Source: a virus (lineage: Duplodnaviria; Caudoviricetes). From it: DNA of 64,000 nt. Below, in pieces: positions 8,254 through 17,940 of the stretch. Where the stretch lies: IMG/VR virus record IMGVR_UViG_3300021387_000796, positions 32,001 through 96,000 of that record; one strand, given 5' to 3'. The translations under genes were made by a program, and so were the position numbers. The first letter of the stretch is position 1. Each line of letters begins with the position of its first letter. The notes beneath the pieces were generated by a model that was given only the letters and a program-made list of their open reading frames with translations, was not told the DNA's origin and did no database searches.

Positions 8254-10335
8254 ATGAAACAAATGACTGAAATCAAAGATAATTTAAAATCGATATCGTG
8301 GATTCGTAAAAATATTAATGTAAAATTAAAAACGTTAAATAAAATAATAAAAATTCTAAATCTCAATCCCACAATTAGAACAAATAAATTTAACGAACAA
8401 ACGGAATATTATGATTTAGATAAAATAAAAGAATTTATAAATTCTCACGATGTTAATCGTATGTATAGTATTTCGCAAATTTCTAAAATAATAGGTGTTG
8501 GTCGTACATCAATAAATACAGTAATAAAATATTTAAATTTAGATAAATTTGAATTTTTATGCGATGAAGAATTGAATAAAATAAAACAATTTTATAAAGA
8601 GCATGAGAATGATTATAGATATTTTTTTCAAAACAAAACAAATCTTGAAAAATACGGTTCGTTGTGTCCGTTGGCAAATAAAGAAATTCAAAAGAAAGCA
8701 GAAGAAACTTGTTTGGAAAAATATGGTGTAAAAAATTATACCAAAACTGAAGAATTTAAAACAAAATTTAAACAAACTTCTTTAGAAAAATATGGTACAG
8801 AATTTCCTATGCAAAACGAAGATGTTAAAGAAAAAGGAAAGCAAACTTCATTAGAACGTTATGGTGTTGAATATGCATCTCAAAGTGAAGATTTTAGAAA
8901 AAGAGTTGAACGAACTAATTTAGAAAAATACAATACAAGATGTTCGCTTCATTCATATGAAGCAGAACAAAAAACTAAAGAAACTAACTTAAAATGTTAT
9001 GGTGTAGAAAATGTTTCACAATCAAATATCATTAAAGAAAAAGTTAAGAATACTAATTTAAAAAATTTCGGAGTTGAACATCCGATTCAAAATGAAAAAA
9101 TCAAAGAAAAGATTAAACAAACCAATCTCAAAAAGTTAGGAGTTGAATATCCTACACAAAATAAAGATATTATGAATAAAGTAAAACAAAGTAATCTTAA
9201 AAAATTTGGTGTAGAATGTTCTTTACAAAATAAAGAAATTAGAGATAAAGTGACACAAACTTATTTGAAAAAATTAGAACTTGCAAAATCTCAAAATTTA
9301 TATTGTGTTAAAGATTTAGCAATTATTTTTAATAAAAGCGAAAGTGCCATTACTATGGATTTGAAGCGTCTAAACATTGATGTTGTCAAATTTGAAAAAG
9401 ATTTTAGGTTGTATGTAAAACAATCTGATTTGAAAATTCTTGAAAATTATTTTATTGATACAGAATGTAGCGGAATATCTTATTCTGAAAAAGAAATAGT
9501 AGAATTTATAAAATCTATTTATTCAGACGAAATTATTGAAAATAGTAGAACTATTATTTCACCAAAAGAATTGGATATTTATATACCTCAAAAGAATTTA
9601 GCAATTGAATATGATGGATTGTATTGGCATGATGAAAATCATGTGGAAAATAAATATCATTTAAATAAAACAAAAGCATGTAATGAAAAAGGGATAGATT
9701 TGATTCATGTTTTTGAAGATGATTGGTTGTACAAAAAAGAAATTGTGAAATCTATGATTTCTAGCCGACTTGGTGTTTATAAAGAAAAGATTTTTGCTCG
9801 TAAATGTCAGATAAAGGAAATTGAAAAAGACCAAGCGAAAATATTTTTTGATGAGAATCATTTACAAGGGTTTGCGTACGGTGATTTGTATTTAGGACTT
9901 ATGTTTAACAATGAACTTGTTCAATGCATCTGTATGAATAAAAAAGGTTGGCATGATGGAAATGTAGAATTAACTCGCATGGCTACAAAATTGAATATTC
10001 AAGTAATTGGAGGATTCAGTAAATTGATGAAACATATTTCCGATTATATTGAATACAAATCAATCACAAGTTATGTGTATAAAGCATGGTTTAATGGAAA
10101 AGGATATATGGAAAGTGGATTCAAAGTAATCAAAGAAAATAATCCTTCTTATTTTTATATTGTAAATGGTAAACGAATTCATAAATCTAATTTTCGAAAA
10201 GACAAGATTAAGAAAATGTTCGAGAGAGGGGGATTAGAATTTTATGATTCAGATAAAACAGAACATGAAATTATGAAGAAAAACAAGATATATAGAATTT
10301 ATGATTGCGGAACTATGAAAGTAATTTACGAATAA
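8254..10335 (+). CDS. Free-standing homing endonuclease-like protein (about 9 TNLEKYGVE-type repeats + Hef-like PD-(D/E)XK domain)
   Basis: Tandem ~23-aa KYG repeats; ELDIYIPQKNLAIEYDGLYWH; IFARKC; IYDCG C-terminus. Confidence 0.75.
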   Translation: MKQMTEIKDNLKSISWIRKNINVKLKTLNKIIKILNLNPTIRTNKFNEQTEYYDLDKIKEFINSHDVNRMYSISQISKIIGVGRTSINTVIKYLNLDKFEFLCDEELNKIKQFYKEHENDYRYFFQNKTNLEKYGSLCPLANKEIQKKAEETCLEKYGVKNYTKTEEFKTKFKQTSLEKYGTEFPMQNEDVKEKGKQTSLERYGVEYASQSEDFRKRVERTNLEKYNTRCSLHSYEAEQKTKETNLKCYGVENVSQSNIIKEKVKNTNLKNFGVEHPIQNEKIKEKIKQTNLKKLGVEYPTQNKDIMNKVKQSNLKKFGVECSLQNKEIRDKVTQTYLKKLELAKSQNLYCVKDLAIIFNKSESAITMDLKRLNIDVVKFEKDFRLYVKQSDLKILENYFIDTECSGISYSEKEIVEFIKSIYSDEIIENSRTIISPKELDIYIPQKNLAIEYDGLYWHDENHVENKYHLNKTKACNEKGIDLIHVFEDDWLYKKEIVKSMISSRLGVYKEKIFARKCQIKEIEKDQAKIFFDENHLQGFAYGDLYLGLMFNNELVQCICMNKKGWHDGNVELTRMATKLNIQVIGGFSKLMKHISDYIEYKSITSYVYKAWFNGKGYMESGFKVIKENNPSYFYIVNGKRIHKSNFRKDKIKKMFERGGLEFYDSDKTEHEIMKKNKIYRIYDCGTMKVIYE

Positions 10336-10340
10336 TAAAT

Positions 10341-10371
10341 AAAAAACACCAAGAATAAACTTGGTGTTTTT
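10341..10371. terminator. Bidirectional intrinsic terminator
   Basis: AAAAAACACCAAG-aataaa-CTTGGTGTTTTT. Confidence 0.8.
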
Positions 10372-10387
10372 ATTTTAATTTATTATT

Positions 10388-12241
10388 TTATTTTGTCATT
10401 TCAACTTTAACATCGACCCCGCTCTTATAAATATTAAAATTGAGTAAAATGGTTCTGGAGAATTTTTTTGGTACAATTCCTACTGCAACAATCAATCTTT
10501 CTTGATTTCTTGTTTCGGCGGTATTGTTATCGGAATCACACCATACATAATAATCTTCAAGACGATTAGAATATGTTCCGAGAATTGAATTACAACCACT
10601 TCTTACAACAGAATAAGATGCTTCATCAATCATTTTACCAATTCGACTAGGGAGTACATTCTTTTCAATCTGTTCGATGAGAGTATCAACCAAAGAAGAA
10701 ATTGGAATATTTGACAAATCTGTTTTCTTTACTTGACGAGTTCTCCATCCACCAATCATAGCACCATAGTTGTAATCGTTGATTACCGCATTGAAGTTAA
10801 TATTATCAAGTGTTTCGAGAACATCTTCAGAGGTTGTGTCTTGCGTGAGTTTTACGATACTTGAACCAAGAATACCACCTACGCCGTTCTCATCAATATA
10901 AGCAGGAGCAGAGGTTGTATTTGCTTCATTATCCAAGTAATCTACGATTCTACCAGCAATTAAACCCATGTTAGAACATTTGAAATCGTTACCTTGATAA
11001 ATGTCTTTGTGGATACCCCAATTCAAACAATACTGATACATACCTCTGTTTGCAGTAATACCAAAGTTATAATCATTTGGATTTTCAACAATTGTGTTTC
11101 CATCAACATCAGCAGTACAATAAATAAATCTACAACGTTTCTGATAACTGTTTCTAAGATTTTCAAACTTAGCAATAACTTCAGCATAATTTGTTCCGTC
11201 AACACAGAATTTCAATTGGAACTTATTTGTATCAATTAATTGTTCATAAAGATTTGCAACATCAGCACCATCAACTTCTGTACCACGAGAACCACCACTA
11301 AGATTTACCATAGAATCATCATTCATGAATCCATCTACAATTGAAGTTACAACATGAGCATCAAATAAAGTCTGATTGTCTCCAAAAATATTATTGATGT
11401 AAATATTGTCGCCGTAACTATCTTTTGATGTTTCGGAAAGACCCACAATGAAAGGACTATTGGTTACTTCTGTGTATTCAAGATTGATAGGGTCATAACG
11501 AGCAACTACAATTTCAAAAGCATTTTCGACATCTTCAGATAAAGTTACTTGAACTTGCAAATCATCTTCTTGCATGTTTTTATCGAAAAGAACGAAATAA
11601 GTGTCAGACATATCCATGTCATAACCAATAGAAATCGTAGTTCCTGTAGAAGGTGCTTGTAAGAATGTCAAGTTTAATACACCTGTCTCGGTGTTTAAAG
11701 TACAACCTTCGTCTAAAAGATTGCCATCGTCAGACAAAGTTTCTATATTATCGTTGACACTAATCGATATATCATGTGCCACACCACCTATACTAAGTGT
11801 CAGTGTTTCAGGTTTATATTTTTCAATGTATTTGATTGTATAAGAATATGATAATGTTGTTCCATTTCCAATTCCTACATTATCTATAAAAGCAACGGAA
11901 TTATAGTCCGAAATTTCTTTATTCGATACTCCTTGATTAAAAGGAATTGTACCCATAGACTTTGTTACAAATACTCCACCGTAAGTACCACCTTTGTATG
12001 GACTAGCGACATACATTGTACATTTCTGTACAACATCAAGAGCATCTTGAATTGTTGGATAATCTTTTGAAGGATAACCAAATGTATTCAAAATACCTTG
12101 TGTATCACCTTTGTTAAATTTAGTAAAAGTTTTTGGTCCTTTAGGTGAAACGATTGCTATAGCACCAACAGTAGGTGTACTCACATTTGCTTTTTCTGTA
12201 TTATCTTGTTCAACTGTTTGTAATCTCCAAGATTGAGCCAT
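10388..12241 (-). CDS. Contractile tail sheath protein
   Basis: N-terminal GAIAIVSPKGP...FGYP; LSGGSRG; C-terminal YYVWCDSDNNTAETRNQERLIVAVGIVP, typical of sheath proteins. Confidence 0.9.
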   Translation of the reverse strand: MAQSWRLQTVEQDNTEKANVSTPTVGAIAIVSPKGPKTFTKFNKGDTQGILNTFGYPSKDYPTIQDALDVVQKCTMYVASPYKGGTYGGVFVTKSMGTIPFNQGVSNKEISDYNSVAFIDNVGIGNGTTLSYSYTIKYIEKYKPETLTLSIGGVAHDISISVNDNIETLSDDGNLLDEGCTLNTETGVLNLTFLQAPSTGTTISIGYDMDMSDTYFVLFDKNMQEDDLQVQVTLSEDVENAFEIVVARYDPINLEYTEVTNSPFIVGLSETSKDSYGDNIYINNIFGDNQTLFDAHVVTSIVDGFMNDDSMVNLSGGSRGTEVDGADVANLYEQLIDTNKFQLKFCVDGTNYAEVIAKFENLRNSYQKRCRFIYCTADVDGNTIVENPNDYNFGITANRGMYQYCLNWGIHKDIYQGNDFKCSNMGLIAGRIVDYLDNEANTTSAPAYIDENGVGGILGSSIVKLTQDTTSEDVLETLDNINFNAVINDYNYGAMIGGWRTRQVKKTDLSNIPISSLVDTLIEQIEKNVLPSRIGKMIDEASYSVVRSGCNSILGTYSNRLEDYYVWCDSDNNTAETRNQERLIVAVGIVPKKFSRTILLNFNIYKSGVDVKVEMTK

Positions 12242-12304
12242 AATTTTATTCTCCTATAATTAAAATTTTATTTACAATTTTATGTTTTAGATAGTTATAA
12301 AAAT

Positions 12305-13096
12305 TTAATTTGTTTCTCCAAAATATTCAGTTAAAAACATTTTCATTTGTTCGCTATCTTTATAATTTTCATAATTAAGTTTTTTAGCGGTAAAAAATTC
12401 AAGAAGTACACTTTTAGCCACATGTAAATTATCAGGATTTGTATCAAAATTTCCAATCATATAAGTTGTAATCGTAAAATCTATTCCGATGGTCCAAATT
12501 CTATTTTGTTCAAGCCAATCTGATTCTTGATAGGTCGGATTGTATTCTATGTCAAAATTCATGAGACCAGCGTTTGTTATAATATCTCCATCATTGGTTT
12601 CGACTTGAGGTTTAACAATGGTTTCATTTGAATTATCAAATAAAAGTTTGTTCATTGCATATTCGCAATCTTTATTTTGTGCAAAGAAAGCAGTTCCTTC
12701 ATAACTTATGGTTATAGGATAAATTCTCATTTTTCCACCCAATATTGATGTAAATTTATTTTCACGGTCAATTAATCCAAAACGATTAGAATAATCATTT
12801 TTCCAAGGTCTTTCGGCATCTTCAAATCCAATTCTATAATAATTCAAGAATGGTAAATTTAATTCACCAGCGTTAGTTCTAGTTCTTTCTCTAAAGCAGT
12901 ATTCATTTGAAGCGTATATTATTCTATCAAGTGGAAATTCAAGAACATCCGAAAAATGATTTTCTATAGCAATATCCGTAGCGTATGACATGGGTGTATT
13001 TGCCCAAGATTTCATTTGCTCACCATAATAAAATGGTTGAGGTTTTGTCATAAAATGAGGATTTGGATTTGTAGTAGACGTTGTATTTATATCCAT
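12305..13096 (-). CDS. Putative tail completion/terminator protein (T4 gp15-like)
   Basis: Adjacent to the sheath gene; LPFLNYYRIG and PITISYE-type motifs; apparently leaderless late transcript. Confidence 0.45.
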   Translation of the reverse strand: MDINTTSTTNPNPHFMTKPQPFYYGEQMKSWANTPMSYATDIAIENHFSDVLEFPLDRIIYASNEYCFRERTRTNAGELNLPFLNYYRIGFEDAERPWKNDYSNRFGLIDRENKFTSILGGKMRIYPITISYEGTAFFAQNKDCEYAMNKLLFDNSNETIVKPQVETNDGDIITNAGLMNFDIEYNPTYQESDWLEQNRIWTIGIDFTITTYMIGNFDTNPDNLHVAKSVLLEFFTAKKLNYENYKDSEQMKMFLTEYFGETN

Positions 13097-13262
13097 ATAT
13101 CAAATAGTTAAAATTAAATAACTATATTTACAAGCAACCTCTGTTTGTTTTGAAATTCAATTTAATTTCTTGCAAGAATCAATCAAGTTGCTTAATTTTT
13201 TAATAATTTTACTTGACAGATTACATTTAGTTGTGATATATTATGTGTAGGAGGAACGAATC

Positions 13263-13715
13263 ATGATTACTTTAAATTCTTTAACAATTGATTTACTTCG
13301 TATAATTGGTGAAGCAAATAAAATTTGTTCGAATTTATTGACGGAATCATTTCTCAATGAAGATATGAAAGTCGATGTTAAAACTTTTGTATCTTTATTA
13401 AATTCATATAGCAACACTCTTGAAAAAATTTTGGATAATAGAGAATTTTTATCAAATAACGGAATATTGGATAGGTCTTTACATGATGTTTCTATAACCA
13501 AAGAAAAGGCTTTGAAAGCATTGAACGGATTAAACCACATTTGTAATAATTGTAAAGATACAGTAAAACGAAACATCTTAATAAACGCTACAACACATTT
13601 CAAAGAAGTCGTAAATACTTATCTGTTTGCAATTAAAATATATCTTGAAGAAGTATTTCCTAATACAGATGAAAATACTATCTTAAAGAGATATGATTTA
13701 TATGAAATTGAATAG
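13263..13715 (+). CDS. Hypothetical protein
   Basis: GGAGG RBS and TTGACA promoter at 13213. Confidence 0.6.
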   Translation: MITLNSLTIDLLRIIGEANKICSNLLTESFLNEDMKVDVKTFVSLLNSYSNTLEKILDNREFLSNNGILDRSLHDVSITKEKALKALNGLNHICNNCKDTVKRNILINATTHFKEVVNTYLFAIKIYLEEVFPNTDENTILKRYDLYEIE

Positions 13716-13728
13716 GAGAAAATAAATT

Positions 13729-14394
13729 ATGGCAAGATTTGGATTGGAAAATATTGATAGAGATTTCTTTTGGGAATTAGTCGATGAAGGATATGTTTCT
13801 TATAGTATTATTGACGCTTATCTTTATATGCTTTCACAGAAGTTGAGCAAAGATACGGATATTCACTTTAGAGTAGAGAATGGTTATTTGTATAATGATG
13901 AAATTGGATTCAAGATTCCAACCTCTACAATTACTACTTATGATAATCTGCTGAAAGATATCGAAAAGTTTTTGTCAGAAAATGCTCAAGAGAATGAGTT
14001 TGGTGTAGATACCAATAAACTTGCTAATCAATGGGCATATACATTTTCTCATACAGAAATGTCTCCATACTATGAAGGTGATGGTCATTGGAAAGCATAT
14101 GATGATTATTCACAAAAACGTGTTTGGGAAGCACTATACTTTATGGTTTTTGGAAAATATCATGATAATATGGATTGGGCATTCGATACGGCTAGTGAAT
14201 ATTTAATAAAAGACGGTAATAACTATAATGAAAAATTCCATTTCAAAGGAACGGTTTCTGAATTAGATAATATATCTGTTACATTTGCTAAAAACGGTAA
14301 TATTTCTGTAAAAAATCCAAGTAAAGAATATCTTGAAAAATTGCAATTTTTCTATGATGTTTGCGACCCAAAGAATAAGAATCATGCTAGATAA
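13729..14394 (+). CDS. Hypothetical protein, paralog of 38939..39601
   Basis: Shared N-terminal ...KLS...IGFK... and C-terminal F.kNG.v.mK...w...C..K patterns. Confidence 0.6.
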   Translation: MARFGLENIDRDFFWELVDEGYVSYSIIDAYLYMLSQKLSKDTDIHFRVENGYLYNDEIGFKIPTSTITTYDNLLKDIEKFLSENAQENEFGVDTNKLANQWAYTFSHTEMSPYYEGDGHWKAYDDYSQKRVWEALYFMVFGKYHDNMDWAFDTASEYLIKDGNNYNEKFHFKGTVSELDNISVTFAKNGNISVKNPSKEYLEKLQFFYDVCDPKNKNHAR

Positions 14395-14422
14395 AATAAA
14401 TTAAATTTGATATTATTATTTT

Positions 14423-14611
14423 GATTGAAAGGAATGATAGGCGGTCAACCTATTGATAGAATATCCTAGTTCTGTCTAACCTTTCAATCTTTTTTAACTA
14501 TCTTATATAAACATTAACTATTTATATCAGTATTGCAGATATGATAATTATGTAAAAATTTTAGGTGAATATATTGTAGACCTAAACTTTGATAAATTAT
14601 ATTAATAGGAT
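14423..14611 (+). ncRNA. Dual-loop structured RNA/leader cassette (element D)
   Basis: Outer stem 14423-14432/14480-14489 followed by a U-tract. Loop ATCCTA (14463-14468) is complementary to SD TAGGAT (14606-14611). Tandem TAACTAT at 14495 and 14515. Confidence 0.55.
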
Positions 14612-14619
14612 GGTGAATT

Positions 14620-14904
14620 ATGAATAATTTAGAAATAGCACAAAGTAAATTAAAATATTCAGACCATGAATTTTTTATTAAAGACAATAATGAAGATTTT
14701 AAATATTGGAATCAGTTATATCTTTCTTTGACTCAACTAGATAATTTGGAAGATATTATTTTTACAGTAAGACGTGCTGATTGTGGAGGAGTTATTCAAA
14801 TTGATAAAAACAAACTCTCTATTAGAGTAGATGCTGATAAAGGTAAGTTGCCTTTGTTTTGGATAGAATATGATATAATTAATGATATTATAATTTTCTT
14901 TTAA
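14620..14904 (+). CDS. Hypothetical protein
   Basis: 94-aa ORF behind cassette D. Confidence 0.5.
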   Translation: MNNLEIAQSKLKYSDHEFFIKDNNEDFKYWNQLYLSLTQLDNLEDIIFTVRRADCGGVIQIDKNKLSIRVDADKGKLPLFWIEYDIINDIIIFF

Positions 14905-14957
14905 TGAATGGAAATTTTTCAATTTAGTATTGTTTTATTCTTTCCTTTAATGATATA

Positions 14958-15776
14958 TTGAAGGAAAGAATTTTTTATAAATGTAGGAATAATATGGGAA
15001 TTTTAAAACCGTTTTCAGAAGTAAAATGTGATAAATGCGATTCAAATGGATTCATCGTTGGTGAGAGTTCAGCAGTGAAATGTTCATGTAGAATGAAATA
15101 TGAATATGAACTCAAAGCGAGTAATATTCTTTCCAAAAGCGGATTACTTGATGAAAACTCTACTTATGAAGATTTCAAGAAACTGATTGATTTTGATTGG
15201 TCTGATTATCGTGGAAAAGATGAAAACGGAAATCTGAAAAAGTTACAGAAATATGTAGAAGAATTTGATTCAGATAAAAAACCTTTTAAGCATTTACACT
15301 GTTATGTATGGGGTGGGCAAGGTACACAAAAGTCATACACTACAAAAGGTGTTTTGACAAAGTTGGCAATCAAGGGAAAATCAGTTTATTACATTTTCGC
15401 TAAAGATTTGATTTCTTTACTTCATGATTCTGAACGAGATGAAGAATTGAAAAAGAAGTTAGATTACATTAAAAATGTTGATGTTTTGGTAATTGATGAA
15501 TTCGAGGAACAAAGATGTTGTTTATGGCAGAGCGGATACAAGGAACGTTTGCTTATTGTTTGGTTGAAAGAACGTCTTGAAGTTGTCAGAAAGTCAACAT
15601 GGTTTATTTCAAACGATTCTATGGAGGAACAGAAAGAAAGTAAATTTGGAGAATTATTTGGTGACATGCTTGACAGGGAGACGAAATTCGGAAGATTTGA
15701 ATTTAAAGACAAGTATTCAGATTATATCACCAAGGAAGAAATAGAAGAAACCATGAAAAATATTTGGGATGATTAA
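14958..15776 (+). CDS. DnaC/IstB-like AAA+ helicase loader
   Basis: N-terminal CxxC...CxC; variant Walker A GGQGTQKS; Walker B VLVIDE; FISN sensor 1. Start may be ATG 14994. Confidence 0.75.
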   Translation: MKERIFYKCRNNMGILKPFSEVKCDKCDSNGFIVGESSAVKCSCRMKYEYELKASNILSKSGLLDENSTYEDFKKLIDFDWSDYRGKDENGNLKKLQKYVEEFDSDKKPFKHLHCYVWGGQGTQKSYTTKGVLTKLAIKGKSVYYIFAKDLISLLHDSERDEELKKKLDYIKNVDVLVIDEFEEQRCCLWQSGYKERLLIVWLKERLEVVRKSTWFISNDSMEEQKESKFGELFGDMLDRETKFGRFEFKDKYSDYITKEEIEETMKNIWDD

Positions 15777-15788
15777 GAGGTTATAAAA

Positions 15789-16458
15789 ATGTCAGATATT
15801 AAATTATATAACGATGATTGTATTAAATTTATGGGGGGGGGTGAAGGATAAATCTATTGATTTTATTTGCACAGACATTCCTTATGATGAAGTTAATCGA
15901 AAATCGCAAGGGTTGAGAAAATTAGATAAAACAAATGCTGATGTTTGTACATTTGATTTAGATGAGTTTTTGATTCAATGTTATAGAGTGTGTAAAGGTA
16001 GCATTTGTATATTTTGTGGAATGAAACAATTTTCAAAAATATATGATTTCTTTTCACAAAAAGAAGGAACTGTTAGATGTATTGTTTGGAAAAAAACGAA
16101 TCCTTCTCCTATGAACGGTCAACATATTTATTTAAGCGGTGCAGAACTTTGTGTTTGGTTTAAGCCTAAAGGTTGGAAAACATTTAATGCATTTTGTAAA
16201 TCAAATGTTTTTGAATATCCTTGTGGTGGAAGTAAAGTACATCCTACACAAAAAAATTTAAAATTGATAACTGAATTAATTGAAAATAATACAAATAAAG
16301 GAGATTTAATTTTGGATACTTGTATGGGAAGTGGAACTTGTGGAATTGCTTGTGCGAATACAAATAGAAACTTTATTGGAGTTGAATTAGACGAAAATTA
16401 TTACAATATTGCTAAGAAACGAATAGAAGAAAGCAATACTAATTTGTTTGATTTGTAA
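15789..16458 (+). pseudogene. N4/N6 DNA methyltransferase interrupted by a G9 homopolymer frameshift (intact with G8)
   Basis: ATG 15789 after SD AGAGG reads MSDIKLYNDDCIKFMGGGEG*. Removing one G from 15833-15841 gives ...FMGGVKDKSIDFICTDIPY...HPTQK...ILDTCMGSGT. Confidence 0.85.
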
Positions 16459-16469
16459 AAGGAGAAAAT

Positions 16470-17249
16470 ATGGTATATCAAGGTAGTAAAGCGAAACTAA
16501 GAAAATACATTTTACCGATTTTGCAAAATTGTATAAATGAAAATCATATTGAAAATTATTATGAACCATTCTGCGGAGGTGCAAATATGATAGACCATAT
16601 CCAATGCAAAAATAGAATTGGTTCAGATATAAATTCAGAATTGATTGAACTCTTAAAATATATGAGAGATAATCCTAATCTCGATATCTTTCCTCAAGAT
16701 TGTTCTTTTGAACATTATTCTGATGTAAGAGAAAACAGAAAGAATAAAACAAATAAATATTCTATTCCTTATACAAGCGGAATTGGATATTTTGCTAGTT
16801 TTGGCGGAAGATATTTCGATGGTGGTTATGGAAAAGACCCTAGCGGTAAAAGAAATATTTATCATGAGAGATTAGAATACGCAAAAGAACAAGCATCCTT
16901 ATTGAAAGGAATAGAATTTGGTATACATTCTTTTGAAGATTATGACCCTAATTATTTTAATCAATGTTTGTTTTATTTAGACCCACCGTACAGAGATACA
17001 AAAATTTATAATGGTAAAGATGGATTTCCTTATGATTTATTTTATGATTGGTGTAAAAAATTAGGAAAGAACAACTATGTTTTTATTTCTGAATATTATA
17101 TGCCTTCCGACTTTAAATGTATTTGGAGTAAAGAAAGAAAAATAATGCAAAAATCAGATAGAGAAAAAGGTGAAGTTGCAGTTGAAAAATTATTCACAGT
17201 TGGAAAATCAAGTAACAATAATTTGGAAAAAGGTTTGTTTGACTTGTAA
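16470..17249 (+). CDS. D12-class (Dam-like) adenine methyltransferase
   Basis: YQGSKAK, YYEPFCGGAN, GSDIN, YLDPPY, FISEY. Confidence 0.9.
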   Translation: MVYQGSKAKLRKYILPILQNCINENHIENYYEPFCGGANMIDHIQCKNRIGSDINSELIELLKYMRDNPNLDIFPQDCSFEHYSDVRENRKNKTNKYSIPYTSGIGYFASFGGRYFDGGYGKDPSGKRNIYHERLEYAKEQASLLKGIEFGIHSFEDYDPNYFNQCLFYLDPPYRDTKIYNGKDGFPYDLFYDWCKKLGKNNYVFISEYYMPSDFKCIWSKERKIMQKSDREKGEVAVEKLFTVGKSSNNNLEKGLFDL

Positions 17250-17258
17250 GGAAATTGT

Positions 17259-17345
17259 ATGAATCACGATGTTTTGATTATTTTAATTTTATTATTGACT
17301 TCTTTCGGATTGGGTTATATTTTTGGTAAATCTAAAAAGAAATAG
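17259..17345 (+). CDS. Small single-TM protein
   Basis: MNHDVLIILILLLTSFGLGYIFGKSKKK with AAGGA RBS (below ORF-track cutoff). Confidence 0.5.
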   Translation: MNHDVLIILILLLTSFGLGYIFGKSKKK

Positions 17346-17369
17346 ATTATATTTATATGGAGGAAATAT

Positions 17370-17813
17370 ATGATTAAATTTCATGAAGTAATTGAACCTA
17401 TGCAGAAAGTTGAAGGAGAAACTTCTCTACCTAGACGTGCTACAAAAGGTAGCGGTGCGTATGACTTTTATGCAAAGACAAATTACACAGTAAAGCCAAA
17501 TGAAATTGTAAAGATTTGGACTGATGTTTGTGCTGAAATGGATGAAGATAAAGTGTTACTTATAAACATTCGTTCTTCCATGGGTTCGACTTGGAATCTT
17601 ATCAATGAGCAAGGTTGGGTGGATAGTGACTATATCAATGCCACAAACGGGGGCAATATAGGCATTTTCTTACAGAATAAAACTAATGAAGTTCAGACGA
17701 TTAATAAGGGTGATAGAATTGGACAAGGTATGTTTGTTTCTTATTTTACTACTGTTGATGATGAACCTATCAGCGAAGAACGTACTGGCGGATATGGAAG
17801 TACAGGAAAATAA
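17370..17813 (+). CDS. dut: Trimeric dUTPase
   Basis: AYDFY, RSS, GWVDSDY, GDRIGQG, RTGGYGSTG. Confidence 0.95.
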   Translation: MIKFHEVIEPMQKVEGETSLPRRATKGSGAYDFYAKTNYTVKPNEIVKIWTDVCAEMDEDKVLLINIRSSMGSTWNLINEQGWVDSDYINATNGGNIGIFLQNKTNEVQTINKGDRIGQGMFVSYFTTVDDEPISEERTGGYGSTGK

Positions 17814-17940
17814 TTAAAAATATTTTTAGATTTATGTTGACAAATTACATAAATCTATCTATATTAAGATTATAGGTCGTTGACCAAAGAATAAATTTAC
17901 CGTGAAGTGCTACATATGATTGTAGTCGAGGAGAAAAATT

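Noticed and set aside
8620-9270. Regular ~69-bp periodic repeats
   Set aside because: They are coding KYG-type protein repeats with degenerate DNA, not a CRISPR array or a DNA repeat element.
17879-17885. GTTGACC in the SSB leader complementary to cassette D loop 1
   Set aside because: A 7-nt match is expected by chance in a window this size, and the anti-SD loop does not match that leader.
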